Virus record (IMG/VR): IMGVR_UViG_3300040734_000024
Location: 1-50,493 of that record
Origin: a virus
Taxonomy: Duplodnaviria; Caudoviricetes
Direction: 5' to 3' (one strand)
DNA: 50,493 nucleotides
Below are positions 35,212-45,079 of this stretch, one piece after another; positions within the stretch are counted from its first letter, which is position 1, and each line of letters opens with the position of its first letter. A program made the position numbers and the translations under genes. The notes beneath the pieces are model-generated. The model made no database searches, was not told the origin of the DNA, and was given only the letters and a program-made list of their open reading frames with translations.

Positions 35212-35666
35212 GTGTCTTTTGCCTCCAACTTCAATTGGGCTACTTCAAGCCTGTACGGGTTCCCGTCCAGGTAAGTGACCTCGGTTATTTGAGTGGGTTC
35301 CGGTGTGTACGCAAGCGCCAGGTACGATGTGCCGGATTGGTGGTCTTTGAAATAATTTGCCAGCGCTGCCTCGCAAGCATCTATCTTGTCTTCTCGCTCC
35401 TGTTCGGTAAGCGGCTGATTTTCGTCGCCGTCGTAGACAAGGATTTGCAGTTCCAGAGTGATGAAGTTGTAGTAACGCTTTGTACCTACGCCGTCTATCT
35501 GTCTCTGGATCGACCCAGATAACACGAGAAGTACCGGGCTTTCACCGCCCAAGTCGCCTTTCTGATACCCGTACACTGAAGAGAACGGCTTGCCTGTTCC
35601 AGCTACGGCGGCGGCCACGGCGGTTACGATCTCGTCCCGAACGGTCTCTCTGGAAAGTGTTGTCAT
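35208..35666 (-). CDS. Tail terminator-like protein
   Basis: Synteny: directly before the tail tube. Confidence 0.6.
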   Translation of the reverse strand: MTTLSRETVRDEIVTAVAAAVAGTGKPFSSVYGYQKGDLGGESPVLLVLSGSIQRQIDGVGTKRYYNFITLELQILVYDGDENQPLTEQEREDKIDACEAALANYFKDHQSGTSYLALAYTPEPTQITEVTYLDGNPYRLEVAQLKLEAKDT

Positions 35667-36043
35667 GGCAATTCACCTATCAGGTAGCGGGCTGCACGGC
35701 CGGCAATCTGCATCCCTTGTTCATCAACGGTTCGCTGATAAAAAGCGTGCTGTCCGCCCCTGGCATGTTCAACAAGACCGTAGATAGAAGTCCTGTTGCC
35801 AGAGCGGGGGTTGCGTGCGCCCGGATCAATGTAGATCTGATAACGTGCGTTGCTCTCCGCCTTCATCCGGTGAGAACTGCGCAGCGCTCCGGTAACCACA
35901 TGGGTAATTGCAGTCGCATACCTGTTCGCTTCTGTCGTGGCATATTGAACAGCCCGGCCAAGACCACCCTGCGGTTTGACAGCAGCGATCACTTTTGCAT
36001 TCGCCTGCTGTGCTTCCTGAAGACCACGAATGGTTAAGTTCAT
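35663..36043 (-). CDS. HK97 gp10-like tail completion protein
   Basis: IRGLQE...HVVTGALRSS...YGLVEH. Confidence 0.7.
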   Translation of the reverse strand: MNLTIRGLQEAQQANAKVIAAVKPQGGLGRAVQYATTEANRYATAITHVVTGALRSSHRMKAESNARYQIYIDPGARNPRSGNRTSIYGLVEHARGGQHAFYQRTVDEQGMQIAGRAARYLIGELP

Positions 36044-36378
36044 CGCTTCTTATCCTCAAGGATCAGGTTGATAAAACCGGTGGTGTCAGCAACAAAGGTT
36101 TGCAGCAACTCGTGCGGTGTGCTTTCAGGGAACATAGATGTGGCGAGTTCGGCACTGACGGGGTCTAAAGGGGTTGCCTTTAGACCCGTCAGATACGTCG
36201 ATACAGGGAGGCGTTTACCATCACTTGCTGATAAGGAACGTTTGGTAGATACGGAAACTGTTGCCGTACGCTGAAAAGAGGCCGAGTTCATTCGTGAACC
36301 CGTCCATTCTGAGCAGGCCTTGATCGAATATTCTTTCGTTCCTACGACAAGTACATCGCCTTCCCGAATATCCATCAT
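36040..36378 (-). CDS. Head closure / neck protein (putative)
   Basis: Synteny; DIREGDVLVVGTKEY. Confidence 0.5.
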   Translation of the reverse strand: MMDIREGDVLVVGTKEYSIKACSEWTGSRMNSASFQRTATVSVSTKRSLSASDGKRLPVSTYLTGLKATPLDPVSAELATSMFPESTPHELLQTFVADTTGFINLILEDKKR

Positions 36379-36812
36379 TCGTCGTCCTCATCTTCCTGGA
36401 ACGACAGTCCAATGTTTCCCATTTCAACAGTTGACCCGTCACCGTAAACCGCTTTGATGTGTGTTTCCATGCGTTCGATAGCTTTTTCGAGTTCAGCGGT
36501 CAGGTTGCTCATACTCTCTGAGCGGGGGCCGATCCGTTGGTCTGCAAAGTCCGAGTTTCCCAAAATGTTTTGCAACAGCCTGAGTTCTGCCCGGTCGTAA
36601 AGCTCGTCGATCTGGTCATCGGTGACGGAAGATAGGTTCGCATCGGTAACAGTTGTCGATGCGGTAAGCCCGAGCTTTCGCAGAGCATAAGCAAGCGGAC
36701 TGTTCAAGTCGGCATTGGTGCCGGCAAAAGTCACAGCCATGCTCACCAGTGCCATGCGCTTACCAGCACGGGCGATAAGTTCGGTCTCTGCGTTGGCTCG
36801 GGTTATGGTCAT
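36375..36812 (-). CDS. Head-tail adaptor (putative)
   Basis: Synteny and size. Confidence 0.55.
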   Translation of the reverse strand: MTITRANAETELIARAGKRMALVSMAVTFAGTNADLNSPLAYALRKLGLTASTTVTDANLSSVTDDQIDELYDRAELRLLQNILGNSDFADQRIGPRSESMSNLTAELEKAIERMETHIKAVYGDGSTVEMGNIGLSFQEDEDDE

Positions 36813-36815
36813 GGA

Positions 36816-37406
36816 TTACACCCCGATTGCGATCCAGTTCACGTCTTTGGCAGCGGTAGCAGCAACAAGGGTTGCATCACCATCGCCGTTCGATTTCCAG
36901 CACTTCAGGATGATCGAACCGGCTGCTGGGGAGCCTGCCTGGTCGCCAATGGTTGCGGAAATGCCGGCTAAGGCGTCGCCGTCAAGATCGCTTTGGGGAG
37001 TGGCAATGACAGCCACAACGGTTGTCAGACCGGTAACCACAGTCTCGGTTCCGGTAACAGCGGCCACACCACGGGCAACCTTGTACCCACCGGCCACACC
37101 ACCAACCAGGGCGTTGATCTCAGTGGCTGTCTTGGTAATAGCGGTTCCACCCAGCTTCAGCCCGTTATCTGCAACGACCAAAGTGTCCAGGTTCTTTGTC
37201 GCTCCTAAGACAACGGCTTTGGAAGCGGAAGCCACACCAGCGGTCACGCCGTCCAGTGTGTTTATCTCGTTTTTGTCAGCGGTGACGCCGTCCATGATGT
37301 TGAGTTCGGCAGCAGAAGCCGTAACCTCAGTGCCGCCGATAAATAACTGTTTGAGCAGTTTCAAAATGCCAACAGTGAGTAAATCTTCGTGAGCGTTGGT
37401 TCTCAT
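36816..37406 (-). CDS. Virion structural protein (head fibre/decoration-like)
   Basis: Repeated VTASAAELN / TATEIN motifs. Confidence 0.6.
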   Translation of the reverse strand: MRTNAHEDLLTVGILKLLKQLFIGGTEVTASAAELNIMDGVTADKNEINTLDGVTAGVASASKAVVLGATKNLDTLVVADNGLKLGGTAITKTATEINALVGGVAGGYKVARGVAAVTGTETVVTGLTTVVAVIATPQSDLDGDALAGISATIGDQAGSPAAGSIILKCWKSNGDGDATLVAATAAKDVNWIAIGV

Positions 37407-37467
37407 AGTTCTCCTTACAAAATGGCTGGCGAGTTGCCCCGCCAGCCATAAGTCCTTTTTTCGGCGG

Positions 37468-37638
37468 CTACGCTTCGTCCGGCTTGGCTTCCGTTTTTTC
37501 GTCCGGTTTGCCTTTGCCGAGCGCCTTATCGAGTTTCTTCTCGATCCGGTTAAGCTGTTCGGTCATTGCCGTCACCATCCGGTCAAGTTTCTCGACCGCC
37601 TCGGCTTTCCGAGCCTCAATACGTTTTGGGGAGGCCAT
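37468..37638 (-). CDS. Small charged protein after the capsid gene (56 aa, not in the ORF track)
   Basis: AGGAGG RBS; MASPKRIEARK... Confidence 0.55.
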   Translation of the reverse strand: MASPKRIEARKAEAVEKLDRMVTAMTEQLNRIEKKLDKALGKGKPDEKTEAKPDEA

Positions 37639-37649
37639 TATCTACCTCC

Positions 37650-38738
37650 TTACACCCGGCCGAAGCCGGTAGGCACGGTGTACGATCCGCCCGTACCGAA
37701 TTCCAAGACCACACCGTTCAAGCGGTTGCCTACGCCAAAGCCGAAGCGGTGGCTGTAGTACGAGCTGTTGAACGGGTAATCTTCGTTTTCGGCGACTAAG
37801 GTCAGCCCAGAGGGCAGACCGGTATCGGCGGGGTCTTCACGCATGGTCAGCGGTTTTGGTGCTTCGACGTGAATGGCGACAGCGTAGTTGGCGGGCAGAG
37901 CGCGCCATTCTACGATCCAACAGGAATTGCAGACACCGCGAACGCGGCCCGGAGTGCCTTTAGGAAGGTCAATGGGAACATCGGCGTTCAATCCGGGGGC
38001 AACGAACCGGTTGATCACAGGATCAAAGTCGGTCAACCCTTCGATGTAGGCAGCAATAGCCGGGGTGGTCAAAAGAACGATGTTGGATCCACCGTTGGGG
38101 GTGCCGAAATGCTCTTCCAACTCATCCTTGACCGTAGCGGTCGGATCGTTGGTGTCGCTGATCGCTGAAGCGGCATAGCCGGTTTCGATGTAGTGGTTAT
38201 CGGTCGCTTCGTCCGTAGCGCCGAGAACAGGCGGGTACACCACAGAATCGCCGTTAGCCAGCGGCATAACGTTCAGGCTTCCGTGGATCTCGTCGGTGAA
38301 AGCCCAGGTGGACGCATACAGCAGGGCTTTCATAATTTCCAGGCGGACAGTGTTCTTGTCCTGGATGAAGATGGTGTCCAGGTGTTTGTTCAACTGGGCG
38401 GCGGTCATGTAAGCCCGGCTCACACGATCAACGGTCAAACCACGACCGAAGTCTTCAAGCGGGAAGGCCACGTCCCAGTAGCCGGTCGCTTTCACGTTGT
38501 CCGGCTTACCTTTGGTAGACATCTTTTGCAGATACCCGCCGCCGGGCAGCTCATACCGCTGTTTGAAAGCGGATGTGCGCCGTTCAACGAAAAGACCGAG
38601 GACAGCGTTCAGTTCGTCGTTGTACTTAGCAAGTTCTGCCTGAACAGCTTCGTAGACGAGTTCCTGTCCGAGGGTGCTGATGAAAGTCCGCTCAGCAGCG
38701 GCTTCGGCAATACCGAGGGCTCCTAAAATTCCAGACAT
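37650..38738 (-). CDS. Major capsid protein
   Basis: 362 aa after scaffold and decoration genes; GGAGG RBS; ends RFGFGVGNRLNGVV. Confidence 0.8.
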   Translation of the reverse strand: MSGILGALGIAEAAAERTFISTLGQELVYEAVQAELAKYNDELNAVLGLFVERRTSAFKQRYELPGGGYLQKMSTKGKPDNVKATGYWDVAFPLEDFGRGLTVDRVSRAYMTAAQLNKHLDTIFIQDKNTVRLEIMKALLYASTWAFTDEIHGSLNVMPLANGDSVVYPPVLGATDEATDNHYIETGYAASAISDTNDPTATVKDELEEHFGTPNGGSNIVLLTTPAIAAYIEGLTDFDPVINRFVAPGLNADVPIDLPKGTPGRVRGVCNSCWIVEWRALPANYAVAIHVEAPKPLTMREDPADTGLPSGLTLVAENEDYPFNSSYYSHRFGFGVGNRLNGVVLEFGTGGSYTVPTGFGRV

Positions 38739-38748
38739 TTCATCCTCC

Positions 38749-39156
38749 TTACCCGACCTGACCGGTCACTTGCAAGACCTTACGAACAGCACCGCTTGAC
38801 CAGCACGGGACAACCCGGCCTACCTGCAAGGAGGTGCCACCAGCGGAATCGGCAAGTTCGCCGACCGTGTTCGATACGTAGACAGCGGAGCGATAAGCGC
38901 CGGCCAGAGTGAAGCCTTCGGCTTCGCCTTCAACCAGCAAGGTCACAGCTCCACCAATTCCGGCATCGTTCAGAGCGATACCGTCGAATTTGTCGGTGCC
39001 GGACCCGTTCGCATCGGCAAGCTGCAATTTGCCGTTGCTGTCAAAATAGACAGGCTGACCGGCTTCGATAGCCGCACCTGCAATACCTTCTTTCAAGGCA
39101 TTGCCGGCGGATTTCACGAGACCGACCTGAGCCTTTGTGCGAGTAATATCTGACAT
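38749..39156 (-). CDS. Capsid decoration/cement protein
   Basis: AGAAIEAGQPVY...GIAL...G.VTL. Confidence 0.7.
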   Translation of the reverse strand: MSDITRTKAQVGLVKSAGNALKEGIAGAAIEAGQPVYFDSNGKLQLADANGSGTDKFDGIALNDAGIGGAVTLLVEGEAEGFTLAGAYRSAVYVSNTVGELADSAGGTSLQVGRVVPCWSSGAVRKVLQVTGQVG

Positions 39157-39166
39157 CGCAGTACTC

Positions 39167-39907
39167 CTAGAGTGAGGTTACATATTGCGGAGTCTTGGTC
39201 TCATTCCCGGTTTGGGTTTGAGTCGTCTTGGCTCCTTGAAGTGGTGTACCCTTTGCTAGCTTCTGGGTCTGCTGACCATCAGAGAGCCAGTGCGGTTTGG
39301 CTTTCGCCAGGGAAGCGAGCGCTTCCTCAATGCCCGTGTACTTGCCGTCTTTTTCCGCAATCCCTTCACGAGCGATCAGGAGCGGGATATCGTCAATGGC
39401 TTCCGTCCGGAAGGCTTGGCGTGTGACCTTGCCGTCCTTATCGGTTGCCGGACGACCGGCAAGCTGCTTGATCTCAGTGTCCAGAAGGCGTTTATTGAGC
39501 GCTTCCACTTCTTGCTTGTGGGTAGCTTCCTTCGCTTCAGCGGCTTTCTTTGCGCCGGCTAAGTCATCCTGCGCCTTCTGAAGTTCGGTCTTGTTCGCAT
39601 CTTCGGCTGCTTTCTTGGTCTTCAGGTACGCCTGGAACTCGGTGTCATCTTTCACGCCCAGGGACTCGTACAGAGCCTTTTTGGCAGCTTCCTCACCGCG
39701 GCGAGCGCGGTCTGCGAACATTTGATCAAGCTGTTCCTGCGTATAGGAGGTTCCGCCATTAGCCCCGGCGTTGGGTGGTTGTGATGCCGGAGAAGTGGTT
39801 GGCGGGGTTGTTGCAGGCGGGTTACCGCTTCCGCCGCTATCATCCGGGGCATCAAAAAAAATCGCAGGACGACCGAAAGAAAATCTGTTGAACATTGAAA
39901 ACTCCAT
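39167..39907 (-). CDS. Capsid scaffolding protein
   Basis: Low-complexity N-terminus, YTQEQLD, KTELQKAQ coiled coil, KPHWL. Confidence 0.8.
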   Translation of the reverse strand: MEFSMFNRFSFGRPAIFFDAPDDSGGSGNPPATTPPTTSPASQPPNAGANGGTSYTQEQLDQMFADRARRGEEAAKKALYESLGVKDDTEFQAYLKTKKAAEDANKTELQKAQDDLAGAKKAAEAKEATHKQEVEALNKRLLDTEIKQLAGRPATDKDGKVTRQAFRTEAIDDIPLLIAREGIAEKDGKYTGIEEALASLAKAKPHWLSDGQQTQKLAKGTPLQGAKTTQTQTGNETKTPQYVTSL

Positions 39908-39962
39908 CCGCCTTTGACCGCAGGCGTAGCGTAAGGGGGAGTATGATTTCCGCTAGAAAAAC

Positions 39963-40054
39963 AAAAAATCCCGAAGAGCACATATTGTGCGCTTCGGGAT
40001 CAATGCCTCGTAAGCGGGACCGACATATTTAATTGTCGGCGAGATTATAGCGTG
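39963..40054 (-). promoter_or_regulatory. Late leader: CACGCTATAAT, then CGAGGCATTGAT, then terminator
   Basis: Motifs at 40044-40054 and 39999-40010; hairpin 39968-40000 with U run. Confidence 0.6.
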
Positions 40055-40389
40055 GTTTTTATGGATTGATTTACCGGTACACCGGTGTTCGGGACAACCT
40101 GTACACAGCGGTCGTCCCACAATTCGATCATGGAGAAATCCTTTGAGCAGGTAACTTCGAGTTCCTGACCTATGTGTTCTGCGCACCAGTCCTTGATCTT
40201 TTGGATCTCCTGGGCGTCATTGAAGCATGCACGAGCGGTGAAAATCTTTACGGTAATACCTTCAGCTAACCATGCCTTTACCCTGTCCACCATCGCAGGC
40301 ACAGGCGCACCGATATTACCACCTAACCATCCGTGGTACACAGCGAGTGTTCCATCCAGGTCAACGCCTATCCAACCGGAAGGGGTCAT
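40045..40389 (-). CDS. HAD-family phosphatase-like protein (PNK phosphatase-type)
   Basis: WIGVDLDGTLA, IFTAR, K, WDD motifs. Confidence 0.8.
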   Translation of the reverse strand: MTPSGWIGVDLDGTLAVYHGWLGGNIGAPVPAMVDRVKAWLAEGITVKIFTARACFNDAQEIQKIKDWCAEHIGQELEVTCSKDFSMIELWDDRCVQVVPNTGVPVNQSIKTTL

Positions 40390-40835
40390 TTTTCCTCTTT
40401 CCTGAAATTGTCATAAAAACCGTTCCAGAATGCGGCGGTCAGATCACCGGCCAGCGATGCGATATCTTCATCGTTCGTCTCACGATCCCAGTCCATAAAC
40501 TTGACATAATAGTTTATGGCATGCTGTATCTCGTGAGCGACGTACCCTCCGCCAATGTGATCAAGTGCGACATGGATTTCAGCGAACCGGGGAGGGGCAA
40601 GCCGGACATTGTCCGATGTGCGTAATACCTGGGTTTGGCACATGCAGAACCCGGCAAAATCGTGATGCAGGTTGTAGGGATGGGTTTTCTCGAACGCCTC
40701 CTGCATTACCTCGACATCGTTCCACATGAAAGTAAGCACGTGGTGAGCGTCATCAAGCGGAAGTTTCCAAGTGGTTAGTATGCCTGGATGTTTGGTGTGC
40801 ATTAGGGTATCCCGGCTTTCTGTAGGGCAGTGCAT
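40386..40835 (-). CDS. Hypothetical protein with HExxH motif
   Basis: VAHEIQHA...DEDIA. Confidence 0.55.
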   Translation of the reverse strand: MHCPTESRDTLMHTKHPGILTTWKLPLDDAHHVLTFMWNDVEVMQEAFEKTHPYNLHHDFAGFCMCQTQVLRTSDNVRLAPPRFAEIHVALDHIGGGYVAHEIQHAINYYVKFMDWDRETNDEDIASLAGDLTAAFWNGFYDNFRKEEK

Positions 40836-41002
40836 ATAGCTTCCGGCAACACAAGAGTTGTGCCACTATTATTTATCGTGACGGTTATCTTTTTAGCGAT
40901 TGTGTCCCGGACAAAATAAGATTTCAGTTCGTAGTATTCTTTTTCAGTGAGACAGATTTGTCTTCCCGTACTCAGGGTGATTACAACCATTACAGTATCC
41001 AT
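40802..41002 (-). CDS. Hypothetical protein
   Basis: AGGAG RBS, 66 aa. Confidence 0.45.
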   Translation of the reverse strand: MDTVMVVITLSTGRQICLTEKEYYELKSYFVRDTIAKKITVTINNSGTTLVLPEAICTALQKAGIP

Positions 41003-41015
41003 TTCTTTCTCCTGT

Positions 41016-41870
41016 TCAACCTAATGCGTCCGCTGGGTTCCTGTCCGGTCTTCCACCCTGCTCTCTTTCAACAAGGAACCTGTCTGCGCCGGTGCGCATG
41101 TCAGCGGTCAATCCGTCATCGTAAGCGTCCAGGTACAGGACACCTGCGGTACGACACCAATTGTGAAAACCAGGCCATTCCATGTAGTCGGAAAACCTGG
41201 GTGTTCCGGTGAGATGGAACGGTTTATTGAGCGGCTGGATTTGAGCATGCACCCGCAAACAACAATCCGTTGTCCGTGCATCCAATACCGCAACCGCCTG
41301 CTTTTTAAACTGGAAACCCTGGGAATTGTTGTTCGTCCAGGTGGAAAACGCAGACCACAACAGGGACGCCGCCCATGCTGCCAATCCAGGGGCGATGTCA
41401 GAAGACCGCAGAGTACCTGCCCGGTCTTCACTCCCTACGATCTGGGTCAACTCCGCCTCTGTCATCACCATTGCCCGGATAACCGCTTCCTGCGCATCCA
41501 AACGGGCAGATATGGCAGAGAGCACTTGTTCTCTCGCTTGCCTGTCCACGGACAGCAGTGTAGGAACGGTCTTGATACCATAAAAGGACAACTGCCTGGC
41601 AGCTTCCTCGAACCCGAGAAACTGTGCGTCCTGCAGAACCAGATTGGCTTCTGTGCGGATCGTACGCTTAAGCTCTGCCATAACATCGGAAACAGCCATA
41701 AGCGGGATTTGCTCCCCCAGCGCTGTCCTGAGTGCACGGTTTGCATTCCGGTAAGCGGATAGCACGAACCCGCGTGGATGGTCAGAGGTACCAATGCGGG
41801 AAAACAATGCGGAAACCGTATCGTTTGCCTTTAGCCCTGACTTGACCGCCTGGTGGAGTGGGTTAGCCAT
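41016..41870 (-). CDS. Head morphogenesis / minor capsid protein (MuF/gp7-like)
   Basis: LDARTTDCC..H.Q...P.FHNWCR; follows the portal. Confidence 0.8.
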   Translation of the reverse strand: MANPLHQAVKSGLKANDTVSALFSRIGTSDHPRGFVLSAYRNANRALRTALGEQIPLMAVSDVMAELKRTIRTEANLVLQDAQFLGFEEAARQLSFYGIKTVPTLLSVDRQAREQVLSAISARLDAQEAVIRAMVMTEAELTQIVGSEDRAGTLRSSDIAPGLAAWAASLLWSAFSTWTNNNSQGFQFKKQAVAVLDARTTDCCLRVHAQIQPLNKPFHLTGTPRFSDYMEWPGFHNWCRTAGVLYLDAYDDGLTADMRTGADRFLVEREQGGRPDRNPADALG

Positions 41871-43498
41871 TACTTCGTTTTCTTATCGTTTGATTTATCG
41901 CCAGGTTTATCACCCGGAGTAGGTATTTCAGCATTCGCCAATGCTTTCTGTGCATCAAGAGAAGCCTGCTGCTGTTCCATGCGCATCATGTAATCAGGGT
42001 CGGCCTGCAACTCTTTGATCTGTTCATTAGTCCACCCGTTCCTGCGCAGGAACACCATAAGCGGTATGCCTGCTGTCTTCGCTTTATCAGCAGCTTCCCA
42101 GAATGCGCTCTCGACCTCGATATCGTCCAGCGGGTCTTTGTCATAAACAGGGCGGGGGCCAATGACGTGATCCAGTTTTCCAGCGGCATAGCTTTCAAGG
42201 TCATAACCTGCGAACCCTTCGTATTTCCGGTGGCCACCGATTGCGATTGCCATTTGCTGCGCCCGGACAAGGGCGAAGTCGTAGTTTGGCCGGCGTTCGT
42301 TCACCTTCGTAATGACCGGCTGCCGGTTGATCCGCAGCGCCCGTCCTGAAACATCACCCGAAGCGTTGTCCAAGTCTTCCGAAAGCTCCGGGTAATCACG
42401 TTCGATCTTGGCGATTATCCGTTCGATGTTTTTCCCTACCTGTTCGATTTCAAGAGGTGCGACCATAGGCTTCACGTCTGATCCAACAGGGCCGTAAAGG
42501 GCGGGTGATTTCTGGCGGTCGATCTCGGGTTCGCCGGCGTTCGCCGCATCGGTATCAGTTGTGCGGGATTGGAGCGGATCAGTTTTCGGTTTATCGGCAC
42601 CTGAGAAGTACCAGATAGCGTTTACCACTTTCCGAATCTGGTCATTGAGTAAGGATGCTTGGTCGTCAACTTCACGGAAATCTGGCAACCCGGAGTGCAT
42701 TTCAGACCACCCCCAGGGCAACCCTACGTTCCGGTGTTGGATAACGACCATAGGGACAAACCCATAGGGTTCAGACCATTCAGGCTCATTTTCCCCCGAC
42801 CAGTCATAAAGTGCACCGTCCTTGAAAGTCTGGTAATAAACATTCACATCACCAGTATTCCTGGTAGCGACCTCACGATAGGTAACCTGCTTGCCAGTAA
42901 TGGGATCCACCCGCAGTTCTTCTATGACGTAGCCTTTCACATTCCCCCAGAAATCGACATCTACGCTGTACAGCGTTCCAGGGTGAATAGGCAGCATGTA
43001 TACCCGTTTGCGGGCTGGGTCGTCCACGATCTTTATGACCGCATCACCTAAAACGGGTCCGTGCAGGGACACAATGCCTTTCTGTGTCTGCCAGTTTGAC
43101 CATTTCCATAACTGACCAATAGCAGCTCGCAATGAGTCGTCATTGCAGAGAATGGGAATTGAGGACGGTTCGCTTCTACCATCGCCGGCCTTCGGGTCAA
43201 GCAAGCCGCCCCAAATGTGGGACTGCCAGAAGTCGCCCAGGCGGAACGCCGGACTATAAATGTTCCTGGTGAACCTGTACAGACCGTAGGCGGAAAGGTA
43301 GGACTTCGCCCACAGGTGCGCCTTCCGGTATGCGGTGCTTTCGTACATCGCCCAGTTCACACGGTAACGCATCAAGCGCCCGGTGACCGAGGAGAAGTCA
43401 TCAAAGGAAGCGGACAAAGGATCAGAATTCGTATACGATTCTCTGAACGCATTGATAGCTGTCATAGCTGCTCTCCATATTCTCTGCGGGATGTTCAT
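41870..43498 (-). CDS. Portal protein
   Basis: 542 aa; PYGFVPMVVIQH...WGWSE, SGRAL motifs. Confidence 0.85.
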   Translation of the reverse strand: MNIPQRIWRAAMTAINAFRESYTNSDPLSASFDDFSSVTGRLMRYRVNWAMYESTAYRKAHLWAKSYLSAYGLYRFTRNIYSPAFRLGDFWQSHIWGGLLDPKAGDGRSEPSSIPILCNDDSLRAAIGQLWKWSNWQTQKGIVSLHGPVLGDAVIKIVDDPARKRVYMLPIHPGTLYSVDVDFWGNVKGYVIEELRVDPITGKQVTYREVATRNTGDVNVYYQTFKDGALYDWSGENEPEWSEPYGFVPMVVIQHRNVGLPWGWSEMHSGLPDFREVDDQASLLNDQIRKVVNAIWYFSGADKPKTDPLQSRTTDTDAANAGEPEIDRQKSPALYGPVGSDVKPMVAPLEIEQVGKNIERIIAKIERDYPELSEDLDNASGDVSGRALRINRQPVITKVNERRPNYDFALVRAQQMAIAIGGHRKYEGFAGYDLESYAAGKLDHVIGPRPVYDKDPLDDIEVESAFWEAADKAKTAGIPLMVFLRRNGWTNEQIKELQADPDYMMRMEQQQASLDAQKALANAEIPTPGDKPGDKSNDKKTK

Positions 43499-43501
43499 AA
43501 G

Positions 43502-43969
43502 TTATTCTCCCGAACAGCCCTTTTTCCGTTTTCCTCGCAGGGCTTCTAATTCGACACGCAACGCTTCGAGTTCGTCTTCCTGGCGCTTTGCACGAGCTTC
43601 CAGGTCTGGAATGCGCAGTATCTGGGTTTCAAGTTCGCTGATCCGGGCGTCCTTGCTGGCGATGGTCTTTTCCAGTTCGCTGATCTGTTTATCCCTGGAT
43701 TCGATCTCGTCATCACGGGCGTCGATCTCTGCCTGTAAGCTGTCGATTCGCTTCTCCATCAGTTCGAGTTTTTCCCGCCACTTGGTATCAAGTTCTTCGA
43801 TCTTCTTATAGGTGTCAGCAAAGTTAAGCACCGCCTCAGCATCCGCTTTCTGCGCTTCGGAAGTTGTTTTCTTGGCTTCTGGCCGCAGTCTCTTTGCTCC
43901 AACGATGGCGGTTATCAAAGCGGCAAGCGCAACGATCATCGAAATAATGTCAGTGAGTTGCATATTCAT
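43502..43969 (-). CDS. Membrane-anchored coiled-coil protein (lysis accessory candidate)
   Basis: N-terminal TM helix followed by a long coiled coil. Confidence 0.6.
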   Translation of the reverse strand: MNMQLTDIISMIVALAALITAIVGAKRLRPEAKKTTSEAQKADAEAVLNFADTYKKIEELDTKWREKLELMEKRIDSLQAEIDARDDEIESRDKQISELEKTIASKDARISELETQILRIPDLEARAKRQEDELEALRVELEALRGKRKKGCSGE

Positions 43970-44219
43970 AGATCAGCTCACCCAATGTGTAAGCGAACAG
44001 GACTGTAAGGCCAGGGCGTACGTACCCGATACCTGGTTGTCCCCCTCCGCAAAGCTCGTACACATAAACACAGATAAAAAATACACAGGCGATAAAACCT
44101 ATCAGCCTGAGTACCGTTCTCAGCGTTTTGAGCTTTCGGGTACGGTATAGCATGGCGGCCTGCATAAAAGCTGCCGCCATGCAAATTACCAAGTTGACCA
44201 CGATCAACAGATCGAACAT
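43950..44219 (-). CDS. Small membrane protein (3 TM)
   Basis: Hydrophobic segments. Confidence 0.55.
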   Translation of the reverse strand: MFDLLIVVNLVICMAAAFMQAAMLYRTRKLKTLRTVLRLIGFIACVFFICVYVYELCGGGQPGIGYVRPGLTVLFAYTLGELIYEYATH

Positions 44220-44223
44220 TCAC

Positions 44224-44757
44224 CTACTCAACGGTCGGGGTAGTCGTGGTTTCCGATAAAATCTCATAGTGAGACTCGCCGGCGACCCGGTTACTGTTCG
44301 ATGTGCCTACACCTGGTAAACCGGCAAGCACCTGAACATGAGTTGTGCGGGACAAGAATATCTGCCATACCAGACCGCCGATAGCTGTCAGCACGTTTGC
44401 AATAACTCCGGCCTGACTGTCCAGGGCAGGAACCACATCTATCTTACCGAGGATCTGAAGCACGATAACGGTGATCAATGCGGCGAGGTTCAATCCAGCA
44501 GACCAGGATGCGGCAGTATCGTCTTTGACCGCCCCGAACATTTTCAGCAGGTTGACTACAGCGGCAATAAAGACGGCTGTACCGGATAGGCTGGCAAAGG
44601 TGACCAAAACGGTTGTCAGGTCAAAGGGCGGGAGCGTTTCAGCCGCTTGAACACTGGCTCCATCGCCTGCGAATACTGCGGTGTGGGGAACTGCGAAGGC
44701 AAGCACAAGCAAGGTGAGAACCACTAACAATACGAGAAAACGACCAATCTTTTTCAC
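44224..44757 (-). CDS. Holin-like membrane protein
   Basis: Signal-like N-terminus plus about three TM helices; AAGGAG RBS with GTG start. Confidence 0.55.
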   Translation of the reverse strand: MKKIGRFLVLLVVLTLLVLAFAVPHTAVFAGDGASVQAAETLPPFDLTTVLVTFASLSGTAVFIAAVVNLLKMFGAVKDDTAASWSAGLNLAALITVIVLQILGKIDVVPALDSQAGVIANVLTAIGGLVWQIFLSRTTHVQVLAGLPGVGTSNSNRVAGESHYEILSETTTTPTVE

Positions 44758-44769
44758 AGGAAACTCCTT

Positions 44770-44856
44770 AAAAAAATAGGGCAGCCGTGTTTAGAAAACG
44801 GCTGCCCTGGGAATCAATGCCTCGATCAGGCAGACAACTACCGCTATTATAGCGTG
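44770..44856 (-). promoter_or_regulatory. Late leader: CACGCTATAAT, then CGAGGCATTGAT, then terminator
   Basis: Motifs at 44846-44856 and 44813-44824; 11-bp hairpin 44778-44808 with U7. Confidence 0.6.
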
Positions 44857-44860
44857 GTCA

Positions 44861-45079
44861 CTAAGTAATATTCAGGAATTTTGGTTTTATGTCATGGTTT
44901 GCCTTCATGTCAACAATTTGTCCATTACGGAGAACGATCTCTACGGAACCAAATCCCGTAGCCTGGCGAACCAGGTTGATAGCATACAAGATAGCGGAAA
45001 GGTCTTTCTGCGTTTGCTCGTCAAGGTTCTGCAATGTGGGTAGCTTTTGATTTGTGTCCGGTACCATTATCCTCTCCAT
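44861..45079 (-). CDS. DUF2292/YezD-like small protein
   Basis: GFGSVEIVLRNGQIVDM pattern. Confidence 0.6.
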   Translation of the reverse strand: MERIMVPDTNQKLPTLQNLDEQTQKDLSAILYAINLVRQATGFGSVEIVLRNGQIVDMKANHDIKPKFLNIT

